Sequence record: SRR31156797_14023
Direction: 5' to 3' (one strand)
Length of the DNA stretch: 36,458 nucleotides
The notes under the pieces are model-generated. The model was given only the letters and a program-made list of their open reading frames with translations, was not told the DNA's origin and did not search any database. The position numbers and the translations under genes are program-made. Shown here piece by piece: positions 1 to 11,292 of the stretch (within the stretch, counting starts at the first letter, position 1; every line of letters starts with the position of its first letter).

Positions 1-1
1 T

Positions 2-178
<177 letters not shown>

Positions 179-243
179 GGCTCACAAGCCTTGAAATAAG
201 CCGTTCAATTTTAAACTAAAATTAGCTAAACTTATCTCAATCT

Positions 244-270
244 CAACACCCTACAAATTATGGGGTGTTG
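244..270 (+). terminator. Hairpin after bglA, possible terminator or stabiliser
   Basis: CAACACCCTA-caaatta-TGGGGTGTTG; no clear U-tract. Confidence 0.45.
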
Positions 271-277
271 CGATATT

Positions 278-330
278 CTCAAGTAACCGCAAGATGCAGG
301 ATTAAGAACTGCATATTGAGGTTACTTGAG
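278..330. repeat. Long imperfect inverted repeat, possibly a collapsed MITE-like intergenic element
   Basis: CTCAAGTAACCGCAAGATGCAG-gattaagaa-CTGCATATTGAGGTTACTTGAG: 22-bp arms with 2 mismatches. Confidence 0.6.
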
Positions 331-351
331 TATTATTAGATAAGGAATACT

Positions 352-1353
352 ATGGCTACCATTAATGATGTGTGTAAGGCAGCAGGCGTTTCGAAAGCGA
401 CTGTATCTCGTGTATTAAACAACAGTGCTCAAGTCAGAGAAGTAACGAGAACAAAGGTTCTTTCTGTCATGAAAGAGCTGGGTTATCAACCCAATACGCT
501 CGCACAAGCATTAGCCACCAACACATCCAACTCTATTGGATTAGTTCTTCCAGACTTTCGCAGCAACTATTTTGGCAACATTCTCCATCACGCAGGCCAA
601 GGTGCGTTACAAGCGGGCAAAAAACTATTGGTTATCCGCAGCAAAGACAGCGCTGAAGGTGAGCGAGAAACGGTCGAAACCATCGCCAACCAACGCTGCG
701 ACGCGATATTACTCTACAGCCGTCATCTTTCAGAACAAGAACTTGTGGAGCTGCAAGACAAAGTTTCTTTACCTTTAATTATTCTTAACCGCCAATTGCA
801 GCAAGAGTCGTTGGCTAGTTATGGTTTTAATCAAACACAGCTTGCTCGCTTAGCGGTTAGTCACCTAATCGATAAGGGTCATCAGATCATCGGATGTATC
901 ACTTCACCTTTAGATGGCGAAACAGGGCAATTGCGTTATAAAGCCTATCAAGACCAACTGACGACTTCTGGTATTGTTCTGAACTCAGATTGGGTTGTGG
1001 AAGGAAACAATACATTAGAGGGCGGCTATCAAGCTACGGTCGAACTGTTGAAGTCAGGAAAGAAACTGACGGCCATTTTTGCCTGTAACGATGATATGGC
1101 GATTGGCTCTATTCGAGCACTGCATGATAATGGCATTCGTGTTCCAGAAGACATATCAGTGATTGGTATTGATAACGAACCCGCAGCGGCATACGCGATA
1201 CCAAGCCTTTCAACCGTATCCTTGCCTGTCGTCCGCCTAACTCAGGAAGCAACCAAGCTAGCAATCGAGCTAAGTAACAAGAAGCCGTCAGAAATTACTC
1301 ATCGATCTTATGATGGCGAGCTGGTTATCAGAGAATCAACAAAAGATATTTAA
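352..1353 (+). CDS. LacI-family transcriptional regulator (AscG/GalR-like), probably controlling the upstream beta-glucoside genes
   Basis: N-terminal HTH TINDVCKAAGVSKATVSRVLN, hinge YQPNTLAQAL, sugar-binding domain motifs AIFACNDDMAIG and VPEDISVIGID; RBS AAGGA. Confidence 0.95.
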   Translation: MATINDVCKAAGVSKATVSRVLNNSAQVREVTRTKVLSVMKELGYQPNTLAQALATNTSNSIGLVLPDFRSNYFGNILHHAGQGALQAGKKLLVIRSKDSAEGERETVETIANQRCDAILLYSRHLSEQELVELQDKVSLPLIILNRQLQQESLASYGFNQTQLARLAVSHLIDKGHQIIGCITSPLDGETGQLRYKAYQDQLTTSGIVLNSDWVVEGNNTLEGGYQATVELLKSGKKLTAIFACNDDMAIGSIRALHDNGIRVPEDISVIGIDNEPAAAYAIPSLSTVSLPVVRLTQEATKLAIELSNKKPSEITHRSYDGELVIRESTKDI

Positions 1354-1390
1354 TAAACAACGCTGAGTCCGAAAAGCAATCCTTTTACTA

Positions 1391-1414
1391 GATTCCCTAC
1401 CAAGGTAGGGAATC
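1391..1414. terminator. Hairpin between the convergent LacI gene and glpC
   Basis: GATTCCCTAC-caag-GTAGGGAATC, perfect 10-bp stem. Confidence 0.65.
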
Positions 1415-1433
1415 GCTTTGAATTTTATTCTAA

Positions 1434-2648
1434 TCAGTCCACTAAAGCTTCAGCCAATAAACTCACCGGGTGGATACACTCTAACTGGGTGTTTTCTTCT
1501 ATCTGCCATTTGCAGGTCTCACAGTCAGTGATGGCGTTATCCGCATTAGAACGACGAATTTTGCTAAACAGATCATCACCAATCTTCATCGAAACGTCGT
1601 AGTTTTCTTCTTTAAACCCGTATGTTCCCGCCAACCCGCAACATTCACTGTCCAAAACGACCACTTCCAAACCGGGGATCATTCTTAGCATTTCAATGGT
1701 AAAAACGGTTCCACCACTTCGCTCGAGGTGACAAGGCGTGTGATAAACAATTTTCTTATTTAGTGGCTTCATCATCGGTAAATTTCCACTCATAAACTCT
1801 TTGAGCAAAAACCGGGTAACGTAGTGAATTTTATTCACTACCTTTTCGTTATCAACGCCCAGAACATGCGGGTATTCTTCTTGCAATGTAAACGAGCAGG
1901 TTGATGACGTTGACAGTACTGCAATACTGTTTTGCTCAATGGCAGATTCCAGATGACCAACATTAAATTCGGCATTCTTTTTCGCTTTATCATGAAAACC
2001 ATTGGCAATCATTGGCACGCCACAACATTTTTCTTTATCAAGTAAACGAACACCTATGTTCATCGCGTTCATCACTCGAATGAAATCTTTCCCCAATTGA
2101 GGGTGGTTATAATTAACATAACAGCCATGGAAATAACTGACCGCTCTTGGATAAACAGATTGATCAGCGGCATTCTTTTTAAACCAGCTTCTAAACGTGC
2201 CATGGGAATACTTGGGCAAAGATTTGTGCTCATGTACCCCTATGGTTTTATGCATAATCTTCTTAACTAATGGCAGCTTCGTTGCAACGTTAACAATTGG
2301 TGCGACAGGCGTTGCAAGTGAGCCAAACAAATCCGTATGACTTAACACATAGTCTCTGACTAATTTAGGATTCATTGGTCGTTTACCGAACTTACCTCGC
2401 GCTACGGCAATAATATCGCCGATGCGAACCCCAGAAGGACATGCCGTTTCACACCGTTTACAGTTGGTGCAGTGCTTTAACATATCATCGTAAAATTCTG
2501 GGCTCTTGATTCTTAAACGCTCACCGTCTGGGCCACACTGCTTAGGGCCGGGAAAATCCGGATTGGCTTTCGCGACAGGGCAATAGACGGTACAGACTGT
2601 GCACTTTATGCATTGGTCAAAGGTGGTATCTCTACTGGCGATAGTCAT
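1434..2648 (-). CDS. glpC: Anaerobic glycerol-3-phosphate dehydrogenase subunit C (Fe-S)
   Basis: Two 4Fe-4S motifs (CIKCTVCTVYCP, CTNCKRCETACP) and two CCG domains; follows glpAB. Confidence 0.97.
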   Translation of the reverse strand: MTIASRDTTFDQCIKCTVCTVYCPVAKANPDFPGPKQCGPDGERLRIKSPEFYDDMLKHCTNCKRCETACPSGVRIGDIIAVARGKFGKRPMNPKLVRDYVLSHTDLFGSLATPVAPIVNVATKLPLVKKIMHKTIGVHEHKSLPKYSHGTFRSWFKKNAADQSVYPRAVSYFHGCYVNYNHPQLGKDFIRVMNAMNIGVRLLDKEKCCGVPMIANGFHDKAKKNAEFNVGHLESAIEQNSIAVLSTSSTCSFTLQEEYPHVLGVDNEKVVNKIHYVTRFLLKEFMSGNLPMMKPLNKKIVYHTPCHLERSGGTVFTIEMLRMIPGLEVVVLDSECCGLAGTYGFKEENYDVSMKIGDDLFSKIRRSNADNAITDCETCKWQIEENTQLECIHPVSLLAEALVD

Positions 2649-3985
2649 GCGCTTACCTCCTTCATTAACAACTCACTACGTAAGTCAGCAACAATTTGTT
2701 CTACTACCGAATAGGCGGTACTGATTGCCACACCACCACCGCAGCCATGCACAATTGGGTTATAACCACTTAAAATAGCGCCAATACAGTAGAGATTTGT
2801 AACCGTCTGCTCTTTGATTGAGGGTTTAAAGTGGCTATCAGTGGTCACACCAAATGAGAGGAAAGGATGAGGCTTATGCGTAAAGAAATCGTGCTGATGC
2901 CACTCATTTCTATCACCGGTCACTTGGGTATCTAAACCAAATACTGGCTCTTCGATGCCATATTGGTTGGCAACCAATCCTTTACTAAAAAAGCTTCCAG
3001 AAGCCAGGACGTAATGCTTAGCAACTAAATCCATATCACCCATCTTCTTAGATTGAATTGAGTTCAGAGCTAACTCACCATCGCTTTCAGAAAGTTTTCC
3101 TCCAAGTACCTCATCACCTTTATGTAAAACGCCCCCCAAATTGATAAATGTCCGCATCATCGCGTCTTCTATACGAATACCCAGCAAAGAAGGCGGCATT
3201 GTCGGTACTTCATGCAAATTAAGCCCTGTGTATTGACTCAATTTGTTCATCAGCGCTAAGCCATCACCATTGCCCATCACCGCAGGCATCACCAATAAAT
3301 CTTCTGGTGTTGCAATGTTGAGCAGTTGGTCGGCAAATTCCTGAAACTGGCTGTCGTCACGTAACAAGCGGGATATATCGATAGAACGCAAGTCATATGG
3401 ATTACGATTAATAGCGCCAAACGCGGTTAAGTTCACTTTGGCGGTTTTGATTGGGATATGCTTAAAAGCGGGATGCTGCAGTAAATTGCTTTGAGCGATC
3501 TGAGGCTGAAAATCTCTAAAGCCATCAATCGACACCATGACTATTCTTTTAAAATCACCAAGGTTAGAAAAGTCAGTATCTATTTGTTTTACATAGGGTT
3601 GTGACAACCAAGTGGATTTCAACGTGCCTAAGGTAGTAATTCGATAATGGTTGTTTTGCGAAACCGATGGCGTCAACGCTAGACCAGCTTTGTTCATCAT
3701 GGTCTGGTACCACTCCATCGCCACTTTGATTTTTTTGCTGCCCAACTTCGAATACGGATGATCGGGCTGTGTTTCTGCCAGCAGGTCGATTTCATCCCAC
3801 GGATTGCTAATCGCTTCATGAGTCCGAGGAGAGTGAGATAAAAGATCAATCGAACCTGAGGAGAAATGGAGCGCACTTTGCCCACTGCTGATCACGGCTG
3901 TTTTCAAGCCATGCTCTAGACATTTAATCGCGGCAGAATACCCAGCAACACCGCTGCCAATCACTATCACATCATAATTCATCAT
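2645..3985 (-). CDS. glpB: Anaerobic glycerol-3-phosphate dehydrogenase subunit B
   Basis: YDVIVIGSGVAG flavin motif, GQSALHFSSGSIDLL, PTMPPSLLGIR, LASGSFFSKGL, GCGGGVAI; overlaps glpA and glpC. Confidence 0.97.
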   Translation of the reverse strand: MMNYDVIVIGSGVAGYSAAIKCLEHGLKTAVISSGQSALHFSSGSIDLLSHSPRTHEAISNPWDEIDLLAETQPDHPYSKLGSKKIKVAMEWYQTMMNKAGLALTPSVSQNNHYRITTLGTLKSTWLSQPYVKQIDTDFSNLGDFKRIVMVSIDGFRDFQPQIAQSNLLQHPAFKHIPIKTAKVNLTAFGAINRNPYDLRSIDISRLLRDDSQFQEFADQLLNIATPEDLLVMPAVMGNGDGLALMNKLSQYTGLNLHEVPTMPPSLLGIRIEDAMMRTFINLGGVLHKGDEVLGGKLSESDGELALNSIQSKKMGDMDLVAKHYVLASGSFFSKGLVANQYGIEEPVFGLDTQVTGDRNEWHQHDFFTHKPHPFLSFGVTTDSHFKPSIKEQTVTNLYCIGAILSGYNPIVHGCGGGVAISTAYSVVEQIVADLRSELLMKEVSA

Positions 3986-5639
3986 TTTGCTCTAGCTCCT
4001 TGTTAGCTGATTGTTGCGATGGGGCGTTAGGGATATCACCACAGCCAAACAACCCTTCGTAAATCCAGTAACTGAACTCTGCTTCACGTAGCGCATCTCC
4101 CCAGAAAATGGGTTTAATGCCCTTCCAACGCTCTTCAAGAAAATCATTGAGTAGCAGAGCGGATTCATTCCCTGTCATATCACCGTATTCTTGTAATAGA
4201 CTCGCAGCTCGATAGGCACACAGTTCTCCCTGACATGGCCCCATGCCTAATCGAGTCCGGCGGCGCAAGTCGACTAAGTTCTTAACATCCAGTTTCTTAA
4301 CCGCGTACTCGATTTCACCTGCGGTCACCATTTCACATTCACAAACGATGGCCTGACTCTTAGGTTGTTCAGATAAAAAAGCCTGTGCTCTTTCTCCGTG
4401 GCGATAGATTGCGGATTCGTAGACAGGTTTGGCAATGCTGGCACTTTTTCGCAGTGATTTTGGTGACTCTACGGATCCGGGAAGGGGCTCGGTGTGGGTA
4501 GAACAAGGCGTGGTATTACCCAATTTTTTAGCGACAATGTCCGTGGCCTGTTGTGCCATCAGGCGGTATGTCATTAACTTACCACCCGTTATCGTAGTAA
4601 AGCCTTTCAAACCATCGCGCTCTTGGTGATCAAGCAGCACAATCCCTCGGCTGATATCTCGGCCAGAGCTGTCACCACTAAGTGATACCAAAGGTCTAAC
4701 GCCTGCGTAAGCTCTCAGTACACGTGTGTTCTGCATAATTGGGGCAAGCTTAATTCCCTCTTCAAGTAACAGGTCAACTTCAGCCGCAGTCACGTGAAGA
4801 TCATCAATCCGGTCGTAATCAATGTGCTCTGAGGTAGTGCCGATTAACGAGATGGTATCCCCGGGAACCAAAATATCCGCATCCGACGGTTTACGGCAGC
4901 GGTTAATCACTAAGTTGTTAATCCGATAGTCGAGGATCAGCAACGAACCTTTGGCTGGGAACATTTTGATATTAAGCTCGGCGTACTCACAAATCCCCTG
5001 CCCCCAAATGCCTGCAGCGTTGATCACCTCTTGAGCAAGAACCTGAAACTGTTGGTTAGTTTGAGTATTAATGCAGTTAACACCAAGCACTCTATCGCCC
5101 TCTCTGATTAAGGACGTGACTCTTGAATGGTTAAACAGACGAGCACCGTGTTCTTTCGCATCAAGTACATTCGAAGAACATAAACGAAACGGATCCAACG
5201 TCCCATCAGGCACTTTTACAGCACCAATAAGCTCAGGGTTGGTGTTTGGCTCTAACCGCAGAGCATCTTGTGGGGACAAGGTTTCAACGTCAATATCGGC
5301 TAATTGACACTGCTCGATGAATGTCTTTTGAAAACCGAGATCATCTTCTGGAAGGGTAATAAATAGCCCGCCAGTATCCTCGATACAGTGACGAGCTATG
5401 TGTTTTAGAATCCGGTTTTCCTGAATACACTCTTTCGCGGAGTGCTGATCAGTGACGGCATAGCGAGCACCAGAGTGAAGTAAGCCATGATTACGCCCGG
5501 TCGTTCCCGATGCGAGATCATCTCTTTCTAACAAAATACATTTTATGCCTCGCAAGGCGCAGTCCCGCATGATGCCGGTTCCTGTTGCCCCACCCCCAAT
5601 GATCACTACTTCCGTTTCAAATCTTGTTATTCCACTCAT
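3972..5639 (-). CDS. glpA: Anaerobic glycerol-3-phosphate dehydrogenase subunit A
   Basis: IIGGGATG FAD motif, GTTGRNHGLLHSGARY, C-terminal CECE...GMGPCQGELC BFD-like 2Fe-2S domain. Confidence 0.98.
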   Translation of the reverse strand: MSGITRFETEVVIIGGGATGTGIMRDCALRGIKCILLERDDLASGTTGRNHGLLHSGARYAVTDQHSAKECIQENRILKHIARHCIEDTGGLFITLPEDDLGFQKTFIEQCQLADIDVETLSPQDALRLEPNTNPELIGAVKVPDGTLDPFRLCSSNVLDAKEHGARLFNHSRVTSLIREGDRVLGVNCINTQTNQQFQVLAQEVINAAGIWGQGICEYAELNIKMFPAKGSLLILDYRINNLVINRCRKPSDADILVPGDTISLIGTTSEHIDYDRIDDLHVTAAEVDLLLEEGIKLAPIMQNTRVLRAYAGVRPLVSLSGDSSGRDISRGIVLLDHQERDGLKGFTTITGGKLMTYRLMAQQATDIVAKKLGNTTPCSTHTEPLPGSVESPKSLRKSASIAKPVYESAIYRHGERAQAFLSEQPKSQAIVCECEMVTAGEIEYAVKKLDVKNLVDLRRRTRLGMGPCQGELCAYRAASLLQEYGDMTGNESALLLNDFLEERWKGIKPIFWGDALREAEFSYWIYEGLFGCGDIPNAPSQQSANKELEQNDEL

Positions 5640-5683
5640 TTTAGCCCCACCCGTAAAACGACGGTTTAAACCAACGCATGGTT

Positions 5684-5725
5684 AGTGTGGCATCAATAAA
5701 CCAGAATGTGCGAGATCTCGATCAA
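5684..5725 (-). promoter_or_regulatory. Putative FNR(/CRP)-activated class II promoter of glpABC
   Basis: Minus strand TTGAT-cgag-ATCTC (5725-5712; 8/10 match to FNR TTGAT-N4-ATCAA). A -10-like CACACT at 5689-5684 would place the box centre at -41.5. glpABC is FNR-activated in E. coli. Confidence 0.55.
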
Positions 5726-5726
5726 A

Positions 5727-5744
5727 AATGTTCGTTCGAACATT
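5727..5744. promoter_or_regulatory. GlpR-operator-like palindrome
   Basis: AATGTTCG-tt-CGAACATT; half-sites match the E. coli GlpR consensus (ATGTTCG/CGAACAT), but the spacer is 2 bp rather than 4. Confidence 0.6.
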
Positions 5745-5837
5745 GATTGAGCAAAATATTCATAATAACGAAACAAAAACGACCAAAAATGACAATTTAT
5801 TACCATCACTAAATGGTATTCGTTAAACACAAGACAT

Positions 5838-5868
5838 AAAAAAGCCAGCTTTGTACAGCTGGCTGTTT
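5838..5868 (-). terminator. Rho-independent terminator of glpR
   Basis: Minus strand AGCCAGCT-gtacaa-AGCTGGCT followed by a T-run. Confidence 0.8.
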
Positions 5869-5881
5869 GAACTCAGTGTTA

Positions 5882-6643
5882 TTAAACGATATCCAGTTGA
5901 ATGCCATGCTCTTTGATGAGAGTACAAATACTCTCCGGTGGCGTTTGATCGGTAATCACTAAGTCGACTTCTTCAATCCCGCCGAGTTTGACCATTGCAT
6001 TGCGGCCGAACTTTGAATGATCGACACCTAAATAAACGCTACGACTATTTTCAATGATCGCTTTTTTAACTCTAACTTCATGATAATCAAAGTCTAACAG
6101 CGATCCATCAAAGTCTATTCCGCTGATCCCTAAAATCCCAAAATCCAGGCGGAACTGAGAAATAAAATCCATGGTGGCTTCACCCGTCACTCCGCCATCG
6201 CGGTTGCGCACTTCACCACCAGCAAGGATCACTTTGAAATCCGGTTTCGCCATCAACAATGAGGCAACATTGATATTATTGGTTACCACTCTTAGATTTT
6301 GGTGGTTCTGAAGTAAGGCTCTTGCAACGGCTTCCGGCGTAGTCCCAATATCAATAAACAGTGTTGCACCATCAGGAATGTGCTCGACCAGTTTCTCGGC
6401 AATACGTTGTTTTTCTTCTTGATTGGATACTTTTCGCATTTGATACGAAGAGTTTTCCGAGCTGGTGACGATGGTTGCTCCACCGTGGTTGCGCTTAATT
6501 TTGTCTAGCTCAGCCAACTCATTAAGATCACGCCGTATGGTTTGTGGACTCACATTAAACTTTTCCACTAAATCTTCCGTACTGACATAACCCTGAGTCT
6601 TAACTAACTCAATGATTTCTTGATGGCGTATGTTCGCTTTCAA
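5882..6643 (-). CDS. glpR: Glycerol-3-phosphate regulon repressor (DeoR family)
   Basis: GYVSTEDLVEKFNVSPQTIRRDLNEL, FIDIGTTPE, DFISQFRLDFGILGISGID. Start moved from 6673 to TTG at 6643 to match the E. coli GlpR N-terminus (253 aa). Confidence 0.95.
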   Translation of the reverse strand: MKANIRHQEIIELVKTQGYVSTEDLVEKFNVSPQTIRRDLNELAELDKIKRNHGGATIVTSSENSSYQMRKVSNQEEKQRIAEKLVEHIPDGATLFIDIGTTPEAVARALLQNHQNLRVVTNNINVASLLMAKPDFKVILAGGEVRNRDGGVTGEATMDFISQFRLDFGILGISGIDFDGSLLDFDYHEVRVKKAIIENSRSVYLGVDHSKFGRNAMVKLGGIEEVDLVITDQTPPESICTLIKEHGIQLDIV

Positions 6644-7088
6644 AATCGGCCCCAATATTAATTCTATGTACATCTAACTGAGAAAAGCTTGTTTCTAACA
6701 GCATAAACAACTTTCTAGCAACGAGAGAAATATGTCATTTTTATTCTCGTTTTAATCATTGAGATGTCAAAAATTTCACATAAATCGTCCTTAAACGACC
6801 ATTATTTGTAAAAAACTGTGCTTTGAATAACAAATTTCGATTGATACAGAGTACTTTTTTGCTCGTTTGCTCATTTCGAGAGCAACTACCCTGTTCATGC
6901 TTTCCGCATCATCTAACATTAATCCACATAACTAGTGTGGGTAGCCTGTTACAGAGCACGTATTGGAATTGTGACAAATGTGATGTCTTTGATAGCACGA
7001 ATGCCCATAGAATAAATCCCATATCCAATGGTTTGAGTTTCAAAAGCTATCTCGTTGAAATATCAATCCAAAAGGATACGTAACGTGA

Positions 7089-8615
<1,527 letters not shown>

Positions 8616-8651
8616 ATTGTAGAGCTAACTGTATGAATGGCTAAACATAAT

Positions 8652-8680
8652 AGGGAGCATAAAGTGCTCCCTGTTGTTTT
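8652..8680 (+). terminator. Terminator after glpK
   Basis: AGGGAGCAT-aaa-GTGCTCCCT followed by GTTGTTTT. Confidence 0.75.
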
Positions 8681-8708
8681 GGGTAGACTTGCTCTTCAAA
8701 TCCATCCA

Positions 8709-8745
8709 ATAGGTTTTGCCAATTGATTTAATAAGTACAAGCAAT
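8709..8745 (+). promoter_or_regulatory. OxyR binding site upstream of ahpC
   Basis: ATAG-N7-CAAT-N7-ATAA-N7-CAAT, with the exact spacing of the OxyR consensus ATAG-N7-CTAT-N7-ATAG-N7-CTAT; ahpCF is a canonical OxyR target. Confidence 0.8.
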
Positions 8746-8835
8746 TTTTCTTAATTAGGTCTTCATGTGATTATACATCTCGAAGGCAAGAGACAGAGAT
8801 TGCCAAGCCAATAACCCTTAGGAAGGTAAAAAAAC

Positions 8836-9393
8836 ATGATTAACACTACTATCAAACCATTCAACGCAACGGCATTTAAAAACGGCGAATTCGTAGAAGT
8901 TTCTGAAAAAGACGTACTAGGTAAATGGGCTGTATTCTTCTTCTACCCAGCTGACTTCACATTTGTATGTCCAACTGAACTAGGTGACCTAGCTGACCAC
9001 TACGAAGAACTTCAATCACGTGGCGTAGAAGTTTACTCAGTATCGACTGACACTCACTTCACTCACAAAGCATGGCACGACAGCTCAGACACAATCGGCA
9101 AAATCAACTACTACATGCTTGGTGACCAAACTGGCACTATCACTAATAACTTCGGTGTTATGCGTGAAGGTCAAGGCCTTGCAGACCGTGCAACATTCCT
9201 AATTGACCCAGAAGGCGTTATCCAAGCGATGGAAATCACTGCTGAAGGTATTGGCCGTGACGCAGAAGACCTACTACGTAAAGTTAAAGCTGCACAATAC
9301 GTTGCTGCTCACCCAGGCGAAGTATGTCCAGCTAAATGGAAAGAAGGCGAAGAAACTCTAGCTCCTTCACTAGACCTAGTAGGCAAAATCTAA
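8836..9393 (+). CDS. ahpC: Alkyl hydroperoxide reductase subunit C (2-Cys peroxiredoxin)
   Basis: [14 protein letters not shown] peroxidatic motif and GEVCPAKW resolving Cys. Confidence 0.99.
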   Translation: MINTTIKPFNATAFKNGEFVEVSEKDVLGKWAVFFFYPADFTFVCPTELGDLADHYEELQSRGVEVYSVSTDTHFTHKAWHDSSDTIGKINYYMLGDQTGTITNNFGVMREGQGLADRATFLIDPEGVIQAMEITAEGIGRDAEDLLRKVKAAQYVAAHPGEVCPAKWKEGEETLAPSLDLVGKI

Positions 9394-9566
9394 GAGTTAG
9401 ATTACTTCCCAATTAATCGGGAAAGCTAAAAGGCAAGATTAGAGAGCCGGTCGGGCAATGTACCTAACGACCTACGCGCCCGGCTAGCTCTCACCCCATA
9501 AGTAAGATTTTATCCAGAGTGACCGCTCGTTTTTTAACTTAGAACCAAGAATAGGTATAACAGACA

Positions 9567-11135
9567 ATGTTAGATCAAGCGATTAAACAACAATTAAAAC
9601 AATATCTTAGCAACCTTAAAGAACAAGTAGAGTTAGTGGTCAGCCTAGATGAAAGCAAGGCTTCTCAAGACATTCAATCACTAGCGAATGAAATTGCTGA
9701 GTTAAGCGACTTAGTTTCTGTTACTCGTGATGACGCAGCCAGCGATCGTCGCCCAGTGATGACAGTAACAAACCCAACTAAAGGCACACAGCTACGTTTT
9801 GCTGGCCTGCCGATGGGACACGAATTTACTTCTCTCGTTTTGGCACTGCTGCATTCTGGTGGCCACCCAATCAAACTAGAAGAAGACGTTATCAAACAGA
9901 TTGCTAAGCTGAATAAAAAGCTGGATGTAGAGATCTTTATCTCTCTATCATGCCAAAACTGTCCAGACGTTGTGCAAGCATTCAATATGATGTCTGCAAT
10001 CAACCCAGACATTCGTACCACGATGATTGATGGTGCACTGTTCCAGGATGAAGTGAAATCTCGCGACATTATGGCTGTACCGAGCGTATTCGTTAACGGC
10101 GAACTGTTTGGTCAAGGCCGAATGTCTTTGACTGAAATCCTCAACAAAGTGGATGACGGTGCAGCAGAAGCAGCGGCAGAAAGTCTAAACGAAAAAGACC
10201 CATACGATGTATTGGTTATCGGTGGTGGTCCTGGTGGTAGTGCAGCAGCAGTTTATGCAGCACGTAAAGGCATCCGTACTGGTGTCGTAGCTAAGCGTCT
10301 TGGTGGTCAGGTAATGGACACGATGGCAATTGAGAACTTCATTTCGGTTAAACGTACTGAAGGTCCAAAACTTGCAGCTGACTTAAGCGAGCACTTAAAA
10401 GAATACGGCGTTGATATCATTACCGAACAGCAAGCTGACAAGGTAATGGGTGCAGCACACAACGAAGATGGCTACATCCACGTTAGTCTTGAAAGCGGCG
10501 CAACTCTGAAAAGTAAGAGTATTATCTTAAGCCCAGGTGCACGTTGGAGAGAAATGAACGTACCTGGAGAGCAAGAGTACCGCAACAAAGGTGTCGCATA
10601 CTGCCCACACTGCGATGGCCCACTGTTCAAAGGTAAGAAAACAGCCGTAATTGGTGGTGGTAACTCAGGTATCGAAGCTGCGATTGACCTAGCTGGTATC
10701 GTAGAACACGTCACTGTTCTCGAGTTTGCTGACACACTACGCGCTGACCAAGTATTGATTAACAAAGCTAACTCAATGCCTAACATTGACATCATCACAA
10801 TGGCTCAAACAACGGAAGTCGTTGGTGATGGTAAACGTGTAACAGGCCTGAAGTACAAAGACCGCAACACAGACGAAATCAAACAGATTGAGTTAGCGGG
10901 CATCTTTGTCCAAATTGGTTTAGTGCCTAACACTGAGTGGCTAAAAGATTCTGAAGTTGAGTTGTCTGCTCGCGGTGAAATCGAAGTAGGCAGCCACGGC
11001 GAAACCAGTCTAGAAGGTGTCTTCGCAGCTGGTGACGCAACTACTGTACCTTACAAGCAAATTATTATTGCTATGGGCGAAGGTGCAAAAGCGAGCTTAG
11101 GTGCATTTGATTACCTAATTCGCAAACAAGCTTAA
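9567..11135 (+). CDS. ahpF: Alkyl hydroperoxide reductase subunit F
   Basis: N-terminal thioredoxin-like domain with CQNC, GGGPGG FAD motif, YCPHCDG, GGGNSG NADH motif. Confidence 0.99.
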   Translation: MLDQAIKQQLKQYLSNLKEQVELVVSLDESKASQDIQSLANEIAELSDLVSVTRDDAASDRRPVMTVTNPTKGTQLRFAGLPMGHEFTSLVLALLHSGGHPIKLEEDVIKQIAKLNKKLDVEIFISLSCQNCPDVVQAFNMMSAINPDIRTTMIDGALFQDEVKSRDIMAVPSVFVNGELFGQGRMSLTEILNKVDDGAAEAAAESLNEKDPYDVLVIGGGPGGSAAAVYAARKGIRTGVVAKRLGGQVMDTMAIENFISVKRTEGPKLAADLSEHLKEYGVDIITEQQADKVMGAAHNEDGYIHVSLESGATLKSKSIILSPGARWREMNVPGEQEYRNKGVAYCPHCDGPLFKGKKTAVIGGGNSGIEAAIDLAGIVEHVTVLEFADTLRADQVLINKANSMPNIDIITMAQTTEVVGDGKRVTGLKYKDRNTDEIKQIELAGIFVQIGLVPNTEWLKDSEVELSARGEIEVGSHGETSLEGVFAAGDATTVPYKQIIIAMGEGAKASLGAFDYLIRKQA

Positions 11136-11161
11136 TCATACATTTATCTCCTATTAACGAT

Positions 11162-11192
11162 AAAGGGCCCTGCTTCGGTAGGGCCCTTTTTT
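11162..11192 (+). terminator. Strong Rho-independent terminator of ahpCF
   Basis: AAAGGGCCCTGC-TTCG-GTAGGGCCC-TTTTTT, with a cUUCGg tetraloop. Confidence 0.92.
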
Positions 11193-11292
11193 GTATTCAT
11201 TTTGTTAATAGATTGAAAATATATACAGCGACCTCCATATAAGAAATAGCAAGCATAACAATTATACCAAGGCGTCACTTAAGGAACGTACT

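Noticed and set aside
6859-6885. TGCTC...GAGCA motifs as a GlpR operator for glpK
   Set aside because: Plausible by position, but spacing and sequence match are too loose to call.
6977-6998. CRP site upstream of glpK (AAATGTGATGTCTTTGATA)
   Set aside because: Only one good half-site; biologically plausible but not supportable from sequence alone.
6823-7083. 86-aa ORF between glpR and glpK
   Set aside because: TTG start without a clear RBS, no aquaporin (NPA) or other motif, and it overlaps the expected divergent promoters; likely spurious and not glpF.
9674-10798. Antisense ORFs within ahpF, and similar shadow ORFs in glpA, the MCPs, nanA, siaPQM, nanEK, nagA and the M13 gene
   Set aside because: They lie within well-supported genes, have no motifs, and are expected from codon bias on the opposite strand or frame.
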